A stretch of DNA of 64,000 bases, taken from Hamiltosporidium tvaerminnensis FI-OER-3-3 (lineage: Eukaryota > Fungi > Microsporidia). Each line of letters starts with the position of its first letter. Within the stretch, counting starts at the first letter, position 1. The translations under genes were made by a program, and so were the position numbers. The DNA is taken from assembly GCA_022605425.2 (NCBI GenBank), contig CM061248.1, forward strand, positions 558,001-622,000, read 5' to 3'. The notes beneath the pieces are model-generated. The model was not told the origin of the DNA. It searched no databases and saw nothing but the letters and a program-made list of their open reading frames with translations. Shown here one piece after another: positions 1 to 13,811 of this stretch.

Positions 1-1510
1 TGATTTCCGCATTCATCCAGTAATTCGAAAAAATTATCTGACCATATATTTATAATACCTTGAATGCCTCTTTAGGCTCACCAGTTTTACTTCCACAGCT
101 GTTTGTTTTAGGAATGAAAGCTTTTCTGGTATTATTTACCTTTCTAAACATTTCTCTGCTAGATGTTTGGTATTATATTTCTGAATGAGATCTATTTGCT
201 TTATCATGAACTTTCTCTTCTTAGCTCAGTGTATCTCTTTTCCTCATTTCTCAATCTATATATCTTTAAGTATCGACTCTAAACTACTTTTTTGTTTCAG
301 AAAGCAATAGGCCTCATTCTTAGCTTTGGTTATGCTTGCACATTCCTCATCAAAGCATTCATTTCTTTTAATACTTCGCTTAAATCAAATGGATACACGG
401 CCTGTTGCTACTATATTTTGTTTAAGCCTGTTCCAATGTCAGCTATATCTTCCTTAATCCGTTCTCTAACTATTCTTTTAGTTTTTGACTCATATATTTT
501 CTTCCTTTTCTCATGTTTTAACATACAGGTGTTACATCCAACAGAACTAGTTCATTTTTGATTTCTGGTGTGTGAGATTATTGCTATTAGTTGTGCAACA
601 AGGAGGAAATAATCCCTATCGATATTTGCACTGCATTGTACTCTAATATATTGTAAGATGGTGTTGTGACGTTTGATAATGTGTATATGATCTATTTGGT
701 AGACCGTATCTTAGTCCGGGGTCGTTTAAGTACCCCTGTGTATGTTCCCACGATCCAAAAACTGTTCCCAAAATTAAATTTCCTCTTATTGCAAAATTAA
801 GTAGTCGGAATCCATTTTCGGAATGCTCCTTATGTAAAGTATAATTTCTAATACTGCTACAGACATAATCTTTTCCTATTTTTGCGTCCATGTCTCCTAA
901 CAGAAATCGAATGTATTTTCTAGGACAATCTTCATATACTTTCCCTAAGAGAGCATAAAAGGCTTTCTTTTCCTCTCCAGTTGAATCTTCTGCGAGAGCA
1001 TATGTATTGAGGATAATATAGTTCAATTTTTTTCTTTTATTTTGATTCTAGATTGCCTGGGTTTGTAGCTCAGAAAATCATTTACAAGCGGTTTTATTTT
1101 GTTTTCAACCATGAATTCTGTCCCCAGTAGGTGGTGTTTTCGTGACAGCTATAGTAGAGTGAAATGCTCTTCTTATTCACATTTCTTTTTCCTGTCGATT
1201 CAAGTTCTTGTGGGCCTACAATGACGATGTTACGTTGAGAGATCACATCAGACAGACACTCTGGGGCCTCGATCATATGTAGGGAACGCTAATTTCATGT
1301 TGCAAGTAGAATTTTGGTTTTTTGTTTAATTACGCTAACTATTTTTTGAATTTCCGTCTGAGTTTAATTAAGTTTTTGGGTTTCGTAACATGTTGGTTTT
1401 AAAGAGTGGCTTGTTAGCCTTACGCCCAAGCCCGGAAAACTAATTCCTTCTGGTTCTTACTTACGACAAGCAGGGAATACTCTAGGTCAATTCTGTCTCC
1501 GGCAAGGAGG
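1..1510 (-). mobile_element. Degenerate RTE-clade non-LTR retrotransposon, 5' part (5'UTR + APE endonuclease), running off the window's left edge
   Basis: ORF 643..1026 (NTYA...EDSTGEEKKAFY...LLGDMDAKIG...ENGFRLLNFA) matches the RTE-type APE endonuclease pattern. ORF 1094..1276 is a frameshifted N-terminal piece. The minus strand at 1400-1510 carries RTE-like 5'UTR motifs (GTATTCCCTGCTTGTCGTAAG; GGGCGTAAGGCTAACAA). Confidence 0.75.
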
Positions 1511-4500
1511 GACCGATCAAACCTATATTTGTTATCAAATTTGGGTTTGATTGCAAATGATAAGTTTGGACTAAGAACCTCTGCTTGGCATGTTTTTTAA
1601 GATGAAATACGTAAGCTCACAATAAAGCAGCCAACCTATAGTACTTTTTCTCAATAAGCCTTTTTTTGAACTTTATAAAGAATTTGGTCAAAGGACTTGA
1701 GTTATTTGATGAAAAGGTATAAAAAACATGAAGTCTGCATCTCTCAGTTGTAAAGCAAACTCATGATGTTTATTAAACACACCCAGTAAAAACAATTTAG
1801 AAAAAAACGTATCTGATACATAAACCAACTATTTGTTCGATACTTATTCCATAATTACTCCGTCTGCACTTTAAATCACAGCTTTAATTTCGTTCTGAAT
1901 TAACCGAAGTTTGACATCATATTTTTATTTATTCATAATGAAGCCATTCAAGAACAATCTCAGATACGATTGATTTTTTCCATTTCTTTTTATAAAATCG
2001 TAAGTTTTGAACCATGATATACACCAACCCATTTTTTAATTGAAGCCATCAAAATCGATATTTTTATATTCCATATTAATTTAGACTAAGGATAATTTTC
2101 TTAAAAAATTTGATTACAGAAAATCCGGGTTCTATATACATTTTTACTCGTGTAAATTTTAAGATGAACTACATTTAAATCTTACTATTACGGGTTTATT
2201 AAATAAATCTATGCTTTTTCCGTTGTATTATATGTTGCCATATCTATTTAGCTGTATAATACATTTGCGTCGAAAATACAGTACTTATAATAAAAGATTA
2301 CATAACTTGCTTTTTTGATTTCTTTGATAAAACACTTCTATTTAAATTAATTGTGAAGCTCTTGAACTTAATCTAAATTTTTTATTTTCTTTACCCATGG
2401 TCTTTTACATAGCCCAAATACATTTCTCTCAGCTTTATTTAGGGTGTGTTCTGACAAAATAAATTCTCAATGGGGCACGGAACGCCTGTAAGTAGCTATT
2501 ATTTCTCTATCGGCTTCGTATTTTTTGCATTCTTATAGCCAATCAATCTTTTAAACACAGATGTAAATTGTGTATGATTCTTTTCAGCTTTGATATCTTA
2601 TAAAACAATTTAAGCTTGCTCAGAATTTTTTTTGGGATCTTTCTGTATTTCTAAAAACAAATTGGTTCCTTTCCTGTGGATAAATCTTTATGAAAGCAAG
2701 ATCGATCTAATTAAACTTAGCAGTTACTCTTCGAAGTAGTAAATACAAAGGTTTTTCTTTTCTCAAGATAATTCTTTCTAGAAGCTGTAATCTAAAAAAT
2801 GTGGTTTCTGTAACCAATTTGGCGCCTTATGTTTGATATTTGTATTATAAAAGAGAGTTGGCTTGATTTTGGCCTCGTTTGAATGTAGAAAAACATTTAG
2901 CTAGTGATAAGTTAGCAATACTCTTGCATGCATTTCCCTTTTAATCCTATTCATCTCATTAGAGTTTCTAAGTATGAAAACTTTTTATTCTAAACACAGT
3001 CTTCATTACCTAATGAATTATAGTTTAAGATAAACAATAGTGAACCATAAATTTCTAAGGTTTGTTGATGTAAAAGAAAGATACAAGTAATACATATATG
3101 GTATTTAAATTATGCAACCTGAAATAGTAATAAATAATTTGATTAATCAAGAAATATAAAAGTGTATTATATTAATATCGAGGTCACTAGTAATTCATAA
3201 TGCTATTAGTTTTTACATTATTTTTACTATTTTTAATTCTTTGTAAAATTCTTGTTTATATTGAGTCTTTTTATTTCATACCTTTATGTCTTATGTATTC
3301 CGGTTTGCCATTTCCTATTCAGCTCTTTTTAGTGTTTTTTCACCAAAAAGGCTAAAAAAAGTCATTAAATAGAAATGATACTGAAATATGGCACATTAAA
3401 TTCAAAGTTGTTTGTGGTTTTTAATTTTTCGAAATAGTAGTTGTTAAGCATACAAAAAGATTTTCAGACCTTCTAGCTACAAGATGTAAGAAAATATATG
3501 TAAGAATTCCCTCTACATTCTAAATATAATTTTTTATTTTTTGTTTAAATTGTCAGTTATGTTATGTAAATAAATGTAGGATAATTTACAATGCACGGAA
3601 TTTAAGTGTTCAAAGAAAAAATTTTTTATTAGCGTTTTATAAGCTGTCAATATACGATTGCATACAAAATGAGAATGCAATTAATTAGAAAAAGAACAAA
3701 AGTCTTTATTTAGCTAAAAAGATGATCTTTGTTGCTAAATGTTAATTTAGACGAGAATAGTCGTTTTTTCTTTAATTCAATTTGCTTATTATTTAAACGG
3801 ATCACATTAGTTGCATATTAGGTAAATGTATTTATAGCTCAAATTAGACTAAAATACCATGGTATTAAATTAAACTACATATCAATATGTTGAACGTTGT
3901 TTATATTAGTTTTTCGAAAATAAAAAATTAACTGTTATAAATCCAAAATATCACCGAAATAGGATTAGTTTGTATAAATTATGTAAATGTTTGAATTTAT
4001 ATGAAGTAAAAGAATAAATCGCGGTTGTTAACGTGATCAGCATACACACAAACATATTTGCTGGTTTAAGATAGTAAAATGACTTTCAGATTTTAAATAT
4101 TCTTTGATTTTCTGTTTGTGACTAACCTATTTCGATTGTGAAGTAATTTAATCATGACCAAATATATAAAATCTCACCTTCTGAACGTTTTTAACTACAC
4201 TAATAAATAATTTATGGTAGGTGTAACACAATCGAAATATCAAGGTTGGGTCAAACCTACAAATCATAAATAAAAATAAAAAATCAAAAAAGATATTTTA
4301 ATTAGGTATAACGATAAATTGGGTATCCAAAAAATATAGTCTTGGCATATACTATAATATATATATTCGAAAAAAAACATGAAGTTATTTTTATCTTTCG
4401 TCTATTATATTTTTTTAACTGTATATCTCTAAAATCCTAATCTGAAAAAAAAAATACAAGTGTAACTTTAATTAAGCGGTCCCATGCCACTTTACAGATT

Positions 4501-6379
4501 AAAATAATAATAAAACCCCCTCAATGCCTAGGATTGTCTTGGAAGTGCAAAATTAAACGTTAATTAGAAACATATTTGTCATGCCACACCCATGAAAATG
4601 CATTAAATGATAGTAATTTGCTACTAAGCTAGGTATTTATTTTTAATCGAACAGAGAAATAAACATATAAGCAAAAATTTAAGAAATCGCAAAATATTTT
4701 TTCTTTTGAGATATAATTTAGCAATAAAAAGCATCAGTATAAATATTATGAATATAGTGGTTTTTCAACGTTTTTAAAAAATTCGAATTTATCCGTTAGG
4801 GCTATTTCAGCATAAAGATAGTTGAGATAAATAAAGTTTAAGGTGACGTAAAAACTGTTTCAAGATGCAACGATGCGATATAAATCTAATTTATTTGTAT
4901 TTTGGCCTTTTCACGTGTTTTTAGTGTTTAAATATTTGAAAAGTATTTTTCAGCTAATAATGCAACTCATAGATATTTTTTGTCGCTATTGCTATATTTA
5001 AAAAAAAAAAATTAACTTTAATATTAAATTTATTTGGTCTCTAAGGACAGCTAGATAAGATAATAATAAAAATCTATCGAACAATCCGTTATTTCTATCC
5101 GAAAAAACATTTATAAAATAATATTGGCTTTTTATACTTTTGAAAAAAATTCTTTTGCATTAGTAACCATTATAAATCATTACTACAGAATTATATGCAA
5201 TGTTTTATCTGACATTTTGATCAAAAAAAAGAAATCAAAAAAAAATTGCAATCAAAAAGAGATTTTAAACTCTATTTAGTAAATTCAAAATTGATTTTTT
5301 GGACAGTGATGTATTTATTTTAAAAAAATACTGTTAGGCATCAATAAAAAAATGAATTTGAATAATCTGAGACCTAATGGAAGCTATAGAATAGAAAATA
5401 CGATTACTGGTGTCATACCAACAAGATCAAGCGACTCTGCTCGCGCCTACGAGATTGTTATAAACAATGATATATTTGGGAATAATTCTATTGATAGCTA
5501 ACAAACGTGAAGCCAAAGATCTTTTAACATAAACCTAGCTATACAAAATAATCTTCAAATTTCGAATCGAGAACTACACCATGAAAATCAACATTATCAG
5601 TTGGTTTTTAAGCTAAAGTTTAAATACATTTTCTTGCTTTTCCTTCAAAATACAATTTTTATGTTTTTATCAGCAACTTCTACTTATGGAAATATTTTTA
5701 TTACTTTTTTTCCTTAACTATTTGGTAATTCTATTTATATTTTACAAATATATAAAAAAGAATAAAAATATTAATATATTTTCCATGGTATTGTCATTTT
5801 TATTATATTAGCAAATGCATTTTTGCTACAAATAATTATACAGGCTGTGTTAGATAAAAATTCCACGTTTTTATTGCATTAAAAACTATATACTTTAATA
5901 TTTCTTAAAAATTGTTCTATTATTTATGGATGTTTTCAAAGTTTTTTTTTTTAGAAAAATATTTTATTCATTTTTTAAAATTGAAAATTAGTATTATAGC
6001 GATTTTTTTCTTTTTAGATTTGATTTCTTCAAATTAAATGCATTAAAGGTATCTCATAAAAAGTACTAGTATCTATTAAATACTTTCTGGCTATATTTTT
6101 TATATCGTTTTTCACCAACTAAGTGCTGCATTACTATTATTTTTTAATATTTTTATTTTGTGCTTTAATGTTTCAAAATTAGCCAATATTAAGTTATTTG
6201 ATTGTGTTTTACGGTTTAGCTAATTATTAATAAATCCTTATGTCTTTCATCTCAAATGCTTAAAAAAATGTTTTTAAATTGTTCTATAGTTATTTACTAT
6301 TGTTTGGTAGCGAGGATATTCCGCTCTAACAAGCTATTTATGGGAAAATTTAAAAAATATTTCCTTCTATTGCTATATC

Positions 6380-7120
6380 TGATTAAATTTTATTCAAACA
6401 ATATCACATATTTTACATTGGCAACCGTAATTTTTTTTATAACATTAAGAAAATTCTAGGTTTAATGTATACCATGCTTGTTTTCTCCAATACTCTATCG
6501 GGATCTCTTACGATACTTCAACTCCTAGCGTTTCGCCTACAAAGTTTAGAGCGTATTTTGTGAGCGTGCTGGTTGCCAGAAGTTCGTTTATGATATTCGT
6601 GCCGGTGTGGGATCGCAGATCTAAACCACTCTAGACTCTTAAGACTTTGCATCATTTCTAACTACTCTAGAATTTCTAAACTCAATAGGCTTCTAGATAT
6701 AAATATCAGGCCGACTCTCATGAGTCTACTTAGAAATGCATGCCATACCAAGATCTTTAAGCTGCCAATTTGGATTCCTGGTTTTTAAAGTTAATATTTC
6801 TGTATTTCTAGAGCGTATAGTCTTATAACTTGAGTATGCCAGTCTAGGTGTCCACTCTTAAAATTGTAAATACATATAAGTTCGGCAACAGGCTGCAGTC
6901 TAGTTTTATAAAAAAAAACATTAAAGCTGAATTGTAGCAAACTGTTCAGCAAGTTTTTTCTCTTTTTTAACAACCCATGAATAAACCAAAAATCTAACGT
7001 GTTTTTATTCTCACCTAAAATTCTAACAATTATATCTACATGCATTTAACATGCTCATTATAAAGCAGAAAATTTTTATTTGCGTTAATCTCTTCCAAAA
7101 AAAATAAAAACGAAATATCA
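6380..7120 (-). repeat. Copy B of a ~700-bp non-coding dispersed element
   Basis: The reverse complement aligns colinearly with 48010-48740, e.g. GGTGAGAATAAAAACACGTTAGA vs GGTGGGAATAAAACCACATTAAA, AACGAACTTCTGG vs AACGAACTCCGGG, and TTAAACCTAGAA shared. Confidence 0.8.
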
Positions 7121-7156
7121 TATTTAATAATTATGTAATATAAACATAATTTGATA

Positions 7157-7992
7157 AGTAGATTATTTAGCGACTCGATGTGAGAAAATACTTTGTTTTG
7201 ACTACACAAGGTGGCATAATGAAATGGTAAGATGTCTGCATTATATTATTGTAAATAGCATTAAGTGCATTTCTACAAAAAGAATATGGAGTCGCACAGT
7301 TTAAGGAATTCTTGATAAAGAATATGGAGAATTTAGAGTCGAGAGCAGAATTGAACAAAAGTCGAACTTCGAAATAATCTCTCGATATTTTCGCTCTGGA
7401 CAAGATTCACAATACAATAACCTTCATTGAAGACGGAACCACGACCTAAGTTTCATTTTGAGTAGTTGAATAAAAAAATTTAGGAAGTATGGTCGATTAT
7501 TTAATGAGTCGGGTCTTACTATAAGATTTGTTTCGAGATAAACCCTTAAAGAATAACTCTGAAATGTATTTTGACAAAGTAACACACAACATACTTAAAA
7601 TAATTCAAATAAACAGGAATATAGAGGCATACATTCACTCGATAGTATCCAATAAGACAGTAAAACTATTTCCTTTGATCGGCCAAAAAGACTTTAGTCT
7701 GGACCAAATGCTGAGAGACTTAAAAGAAAATTTCAGTAAGTGTTATTACCAATGTAGAGATGCAAAACAACCAACTCTTCTTTAAAGCAAGTAAAACGGA
7801 GAAAATAGTGTTAAAAAATTATATGCGAAAAATATTTTCTTCTGTAATATTTTAGATGGCATATCTACTCGAGGGACCCGCCGATAGATAAAATGAAGAG
7901 TCTGATGCGGTGGAAGGTGGTTACATTGTTCGAATGGTGGAATAAATTTTTTAAAAGATAAAAAATTTTATAACCCAGAGCTTAATTAAACA
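7157..7992 (+). mobile_element. Old 5'-truncated fragment of the R4/Dong-like element (zinc knuckle, REL endonuclease, 3' end)
   Basis: Nucleotide similarity to 12965-13810 (GACTACACAAGGTGGCATAATGAAATGG; IEAYIHSIVSNKTV in ORF 7528..7785 vs VEAYIQSIVLKKTV; terminal TAACCCAGAGCTTAATTAAA). Confidence 0.8.
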
Positions 7993-8199
7993 ATGAAATA
8001 TTTATAATTCATGTCAGGTTCAAGGTTTGATTGCAAGTAAAAGTGCAATTTATATCTAAGTTATTTAAAAGTGTTCATAAGTAATTGATAGTCTGAAGGT
8101 AAAAAAATATTTTATTTATTGTTTCAAATAAAAAACCACTCAAACAAAATGACATTAATCTTGGCCAAAATAGAAAAAGAAACTAACAAAAGTAAGGCT

Positions 8200-9170
8200 T
8201 CATATAGAAATCTCAAAGAAAACACGTACGTTTAAAATAGTTTGAAATAAGCTGTGCGTTGATACGAAGAGTTCTTTTATATGTCTTAAATATAAACATA
8301 AAAAGGCTATTAGAATCTTATAAATTTCATGAAAAAAACTATGTATAACAAAAGAGAAAACCCTCGAACTATCCTGATGGCATAACGCAAAATGCGAGAA
8401 ATTCAGGCGATTTCGAAAATAAATCGGTAGAGCACGAATGAAACAAAGCGTGTCTGATATTAATGAATAAAATATATTTCATTAGTCAAGCAACTAAAAC
8501 TCATTAATTTAAGTCGATAAATGACTATTAAAAAATCATATAATCTAATAAATATCTAGGTGTTCTTCTGAAGAATATTAACGACAATAGTAGAGAAATA
8601 GAAAAGATTATATATAGGATATAAGGCATACATATACTTCCTAGGAAATTGAAAATCGATAATCATAATTCTACAATGGGAACTATGAAACATATGCAAT
8701 CCTTCTTAGATATAGAGATGTATGCTTGTGAGACATAGCAATTTGCCAAATGTAATGATGCGATGATAGTAATTTGGTGACGTACTTTTAAAGAAAATAT
8801 ACTACACAGTAAAAAATTTGAAAGATACTGAGAATATGCGGCAATATCGTTTTCAAAAGTTGCTATTAGAATTCAAATTTGTAAATAAAGTCACAAGAAC
8901 CAAGACCAAGCGTATTTATGTTAAGGAAAAAGAGAAATTTAAATATTCAAATACTGTGCATGTAACTTCGAAGGTTAAAGATTATATTTCATATGAAAAG
9001 TAGATTGCTAAATGAAATGAAAATGAAAAGGTAGAATCGGTATAGATGAATATTAAAAGGTTTCTTGATAGCAAAAGGTAATGGTTTACATAAAACTAAG
9101 TTCTAGTTTTTAAGTCGCCTCGAAGCCATAGAGTAAGTTGCTATTTCAGCAACACCGTAACTTTCAAAAA
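8200..9170 (+). mobile_element. Possible highly decayed Ty3/gypsy pol remnant
   Basis: Only faint motif echoes (protease-like segment near 8620; DxxKG...K.A.. RT-like segment near 9060-9160). No open frame. Confidence 0.25.
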
Positions 9171-9998
9171 TTATTAAAGTAAGAATAAATTATATTTTTT
9201 GATAATATAAAAGAGAAAAGGGATATTTTTAAATATATCTGATGAAATAGTTGAAATTCTGGGGTTTCGGAGCTGGTTTTTTCTTGGCCAATTTTTCTAT
9301 ATCAGATATAATGTTCGGAACACCTATTTCTATTTTTCTTTTGTTTAACAGCGAACCCATGTGGCTATTCTCCGAGCCATTGTTATTAAATAAAATTTAA
9401 ACATGTTTTCCTTACGTGTAGGTATACCATCAAATTTAAGAAGAGAATATAGATCCATTGAAACAGCAAAACCTATAAAATACAACCAGGTAAGAATATA
9501 ATACATATCTACTAAAATTTAAAATATATATACTTTAAATTCAAATTGAAATTAAAAAATATTTTTTGAGGATTCAAATTTTTTTTTCCAACATTAAACA
9601 TAATTAGGCCTTTATTTTTAGTCGATAAATGATTTAGAACAAATTGAAAAATATGTCTCCATGCAATCTTTAATAAATAAATCTTAAATTAAAATTAATT
9701 TTTATATTCCCTTTAAAAACAATTTTGGGATTTATATTTTTTTTAAATTAACTATAACGTATTTTACTATAATTATACCAGTTTAAACTATATAGATTTT
9801 TATTGTGGCATAATAAATGTAAATGTAGAACTGAAATTTTTTAGTATAAAATAGAACAATTGGGCTGATTTCCAATAAATCATTAAATTCTTCTAAAGTT
9901 TTTACACACTGCTCTCAACTATAATAAATCGATTACTTAATATTTTATTTAGGGATTATTTTCTATAATTTATAGTTAATTAAAAATATATTATATTT

Positions 9999-10012
9999 TG
10001 TTTTACTCAAAT
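9999..10012 (+). repeat. Left target-site duplication TGTTTTACTCAAAT of copy 1 (right copy at 13812..13825)
   Basis: An exact 14-bp direct repeat immediately flanks the element on both sides. Confidence 0.88.
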
Positions 10013-13000
10013 GGGTAGAAAGAAAAATGTTAGCAGCGAAATACTGAAAAATACCAAAATAAAGGCTGCAAACGACGCTGATGAGGTGAAAAAGTGTGAT
10101 AGTGAGGTACAAAAATGTAAGCTACACCCACCGGCGATTTCCCTACCTTCCTCCTCCTACACAACAATAACACCTCCACCACCAAGCCAAACATGCAGTA
10201 AAATGCAAAATAGTGGGCTTGACACCTTACCTTCGCCTAATGCACCAGTTCCCTCTTCGGTTGAAGTCTCTGCGTGCGAGCCATCGTACGACATGACAAA
10301 CCCCTGTACTCTAGCTATTCCGGAAGGTAACAGGCTAATGGCGTTGCAGACGATATTCGATTCCGTAACAACCGACCCGAAGGAATGGCCTCGAATTGTT
10401 TTTTTTGCAGTACAGACAAGGTTTGAAAGAATGCCAAGAAATGGCTGGACAGAGCTTTACAGGTACTATAATGAGAAATTCGGCTGCACTGAAACTCTCG
10501 AAGTGTTAAAAAAATTGGCACAAAGTGAGATGGGAAAGGAAGTAAAATCAGAAGAGAATGGAGAGCGACGTAGAATCGCCACTTGTCTCGCTGATACATG
10601 CACCTTGACCGACACCACGGAGTACATAAACCTGAGAGATAAATTCTTGAGTAAAATCAAAGAAATCTCGATGAATGAAATTGGAAAAGTGGTGGTCCGA
10701 ACTAGAAAACATCCAAATAAATTGGTTGATAGTAAAGTTCTGGATCTCATTAACCGAGTAGTCGGTGAATATGCAGGAGCTCATGTACCTGAGTCAATTT
10801 CGGAAGCCGCGTATATCATGCAAGCTGCGCAGATATGCTATGACGAGGCAACACGTAAAGAGAAGCCTAGATCCGCTTGGAAGGAAAACATAGAAAGTAA
10901 AATTTCTAAGTTAGTATTTTCCAAAGATCTTCTCGAGAAGGCTCGTAAGCAGGAAAAGCTCTCCACCTCGGAAACAAAGAGCCTTAAGAAAATCATGCGA
11001 GAGTTTAATTTAAACTTGAGCAGTGTAACTGATCTTTCTGGGGCTTTAGTTAAGAAGAATGAGTCTTTGAATGTTTACGAGAAAAAAATTACGATGTATG
11101 AAAGTAGGAAGCAATTCCGAAAAGAGAATCGTATGTTTGAGCTTTTCCGAGGTCGATTTTATCGTGGGTTATCTGAGCGTGTGGAATCCGAGCATGTGGT
11201 TAGTCGTGATGAAATTGTGAGTTTTTGGTCTACAATGTGGAACAAAAATGATGACACAGTCACGTATGATGATTATTTGATTCCATTTGTATCAGATAAT
11301 CATCCGACCACGTTTCCTTCACTTGATGAATTTGTAAATATCATTAATTGGCTTCCCAATTGGAAAGCTGCTGGAATTGATGGTATTTACAATTTTTTCA
11401 TTCAGAAACTTACAACTCTACACAAATATCTTTATGATACTGTGAAAGTTATATGTTTAGAAGGAACACTTAAAGATATTGGTTTTACAGCGGGTTTACA
11501 TATTTGATACAAAAAGGAATTCCACAAAGAGGCTCTGACTACAGGCCAATCATTTGTATGTCCCCACTCTACAAGTTAACGACTAATGTGTGAACAAAGG
11601 TCGTTCAACTTGAAGTGGAAAGGCGAGGGTTGCTTGCAGAGAACCAATTAGGGGCGGTAAGAGGTGTGCAGGGAGCGAAAGAGCAGGCTCTACTGAATAT
11701 TGCCTTAAATAAAGAGTATGGAAATAATCTTAAGGCAACATAGATTGATGTTAAAAAAGCTTATGATTCAATAGATCATGCTTATTTAACTCAATGCATT
11801 GAAAACCTTAATTTACCTGATTGGATCCTGAAATTTATTAAGGTAATTATATCAAAATGGAAAATTGATATATCAGTAGGGCCTGAAAAAATCATGAGCA
11901 AGAAGATTGATAGAGGGATCCTGCAAGGAGATAGTTTGTCACCATTGTTATTTGTGTTGTGTATGGATCCATTAAGCCGAAAGCTTAATGAAAAATACAC
12001 AAAAGTGACAGTACAAACAGATGCAGAATCTCATTCTACTAATCATCTCTTGTTTATTGATGATCTTAAGCTCCTTGCAAAAGACAGCTCCACATTGAGT
12101 GCTATGACAGGCGAGGCAAAGGAATTTTTAGAGGTGATTGGCTTAGAGATTAACAAAGAGAAGTCAGCCACAAATGATACGTGTTGTGAAGATACTGCAA
12201 CTCTTCTAGAAGGTGTTAGTGTTTACAAATATTTAGGAATAATAGAAGATAGCAGAGGAATCCCAACACGTAGCTCATTTGAAGAAGTACAGAGCAAACT
12301 TATATCAAGAGTTGAAAGACTTTGTCACACTAGATTAAACGCAAAAAAATTGGTTTCTGCAATCAATCAACATGCGATATCGTTAATCAACTATCACATA
12401 GGAGTACTTCGACTTGAACCGGCTGACTTCTCTAGGTTAGATGATGCTGTGTGTGCGGTGTTGGTGAAGAATAAGATACATCTCCGCCCAGGATGTAAAG
12501 AGCGTTTGTATCTTCCTAGAACAGAACTTGGAAGAGGCCTACATAGTGTTGAGTTGCGAAGCGAACATATGCTTCTGCAACTCTTGGATTGTCTGGAAAA
12601 AAGTTAAGAAATATCAACTAGAGGAGCAGCAATCCTCAATGTGGAGAAAAATAGTAAAACACATCTTGCACTAATAGAAGGCTTCTTAAAAGTAAAGTAC
12701 AGGTTGGTAGAAGAAGTCACTATGAAAAGTTTAGAAAAGCTCAACTTGCAAAACTATATAACGAAATAGAAAAACGAAAACTCCATTAAAGTTATATAAT
12801 GCAAGAAAAAATGAGCTTGTGAGTGTTAGTGAATCTTCAAGATGGTTAAAGAGAGGGAATATTAGGCCACGAAATGTAAGCTGTGTTCTGCTATATCCAG
12901 GATAGAAATGTATTCTGGGGAGCAGATGGTATGTCCCATCATTGCAATAAATCTGGTAAGACTGTAGATCATCTAGCGACCCGATGTGAAAAAATGCTAG

Positions 13001-13811
13001 GCCATGACTACACCAGACAGCATAATGAAGTGGTTAGATGCCTACACTTACTTCTCCTAAATAGATATAAGTTTAAGTCTTCAAAACGAATTAGGAGTCA
13101 CTCAGTTCAAGAAATTCTTGATAATGAGTATGCAAAGATAAGAGTGTACATCAGAATAAAAACTGATGTTAAAATTCGGAATAACAGACCCGACATATTT
13201 ATTTTAGATAAGAAGAAGAATAAGATAACACTCATTGAAGTAGGAATCACTTCCCAAGATTCACTTCAAATGGTTGAAACTGAAAAACTTAGGAAGTATG
13301 ACCTGCTAGCCGATGAGTTGGGTCTTATTTATAGGTGTAGTGTTGAGATAATCCCTTATGTGATGACCTGGGACGGTATTGTGACAAAATACCATAAATC
13401 TCATCTTAAAAGACTAGAAATACCCATGAATGTAGAGGCATACATTCAGTCTATAGTACTTAAGAAGACAGTCGAAACGATTTCCTTTGATCGACGAAGA
13501 GGACTTGAGTCAGGACTAAATGCCAAAGAGAGCTGGGAGAGAGCGTCAATGGGTGTTATTATGAGATCAGAGATGCATGAGGAACCAACACCCCCTTTAA
13601 AAGAAGCGAAAAGGGAGGAAGATGGTGTTAAAATTTTAAAACCAAAAAATAATACACCCCTTATTTCACAAGGAGGAACCACTTTAGAGGAACCGACCAA
13701 TAACATAAATGAAGAGTCGGATTTGGAAGAAGAGAAAATAGTGGTTAAAGCGGTAGAAGAAAACATATAAAAATGGTAAAAATATTTTAACCCAGAATTT
13801 TATTAAATAAA
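10013..13811 (+). mobile_element. R4/Dong-like non-LTR retrotransposon, copy 1 (single-ORF RT + zinc knuckle + REL endonuclease, pseudogenised)
   Basis: ORFs 10011..11507, 11894..12607 and 12883..13770 are fragments of one polyprotein: NWKAAGIDGI, DYRPI, IDVKKAYDS, GILQGDSLSPLLF, LFIDDLKL, YKYLG, HC..TVDHLATRC, RQHNEV, NRPDIFILD..LIEV. It ends in TAAATAAA and is flanked by a 14-bp direct repeat. Confidence 0.93.

Noticed and set aside
1800-6250. Additional decayed TE-like patches (also 14100-16000, 27900-29200, 54100-56050)
   Set aside because: The composition hints at old coding DNA, but I could not read convincing ordered motifs.
11460-12610. Programmed frameshift/readthrough or an alternative genetic code in the retroelement
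   Set aside because: The lesions include TGA, TAG, TAA and an indel, some at conserved RT residues. Host genes use TAA/TAG as normal stops.
10315-13766. Antisense ORFs within the retroelements (and their mirrors at 23461-26913)
   Set aside because: Shadow ORFs of the RT polyprotein; they recur only because the element is duplicated.
10011-13770. Telomerase, retron, group II intron or DGR reverse transcriptase
   Set aside because: The RT is followed by a zinc knuckle and PD-(D/E)xK REL domain, with a TSD and a simple-repeat tail, which is non-LTR retrotransposon architecture.
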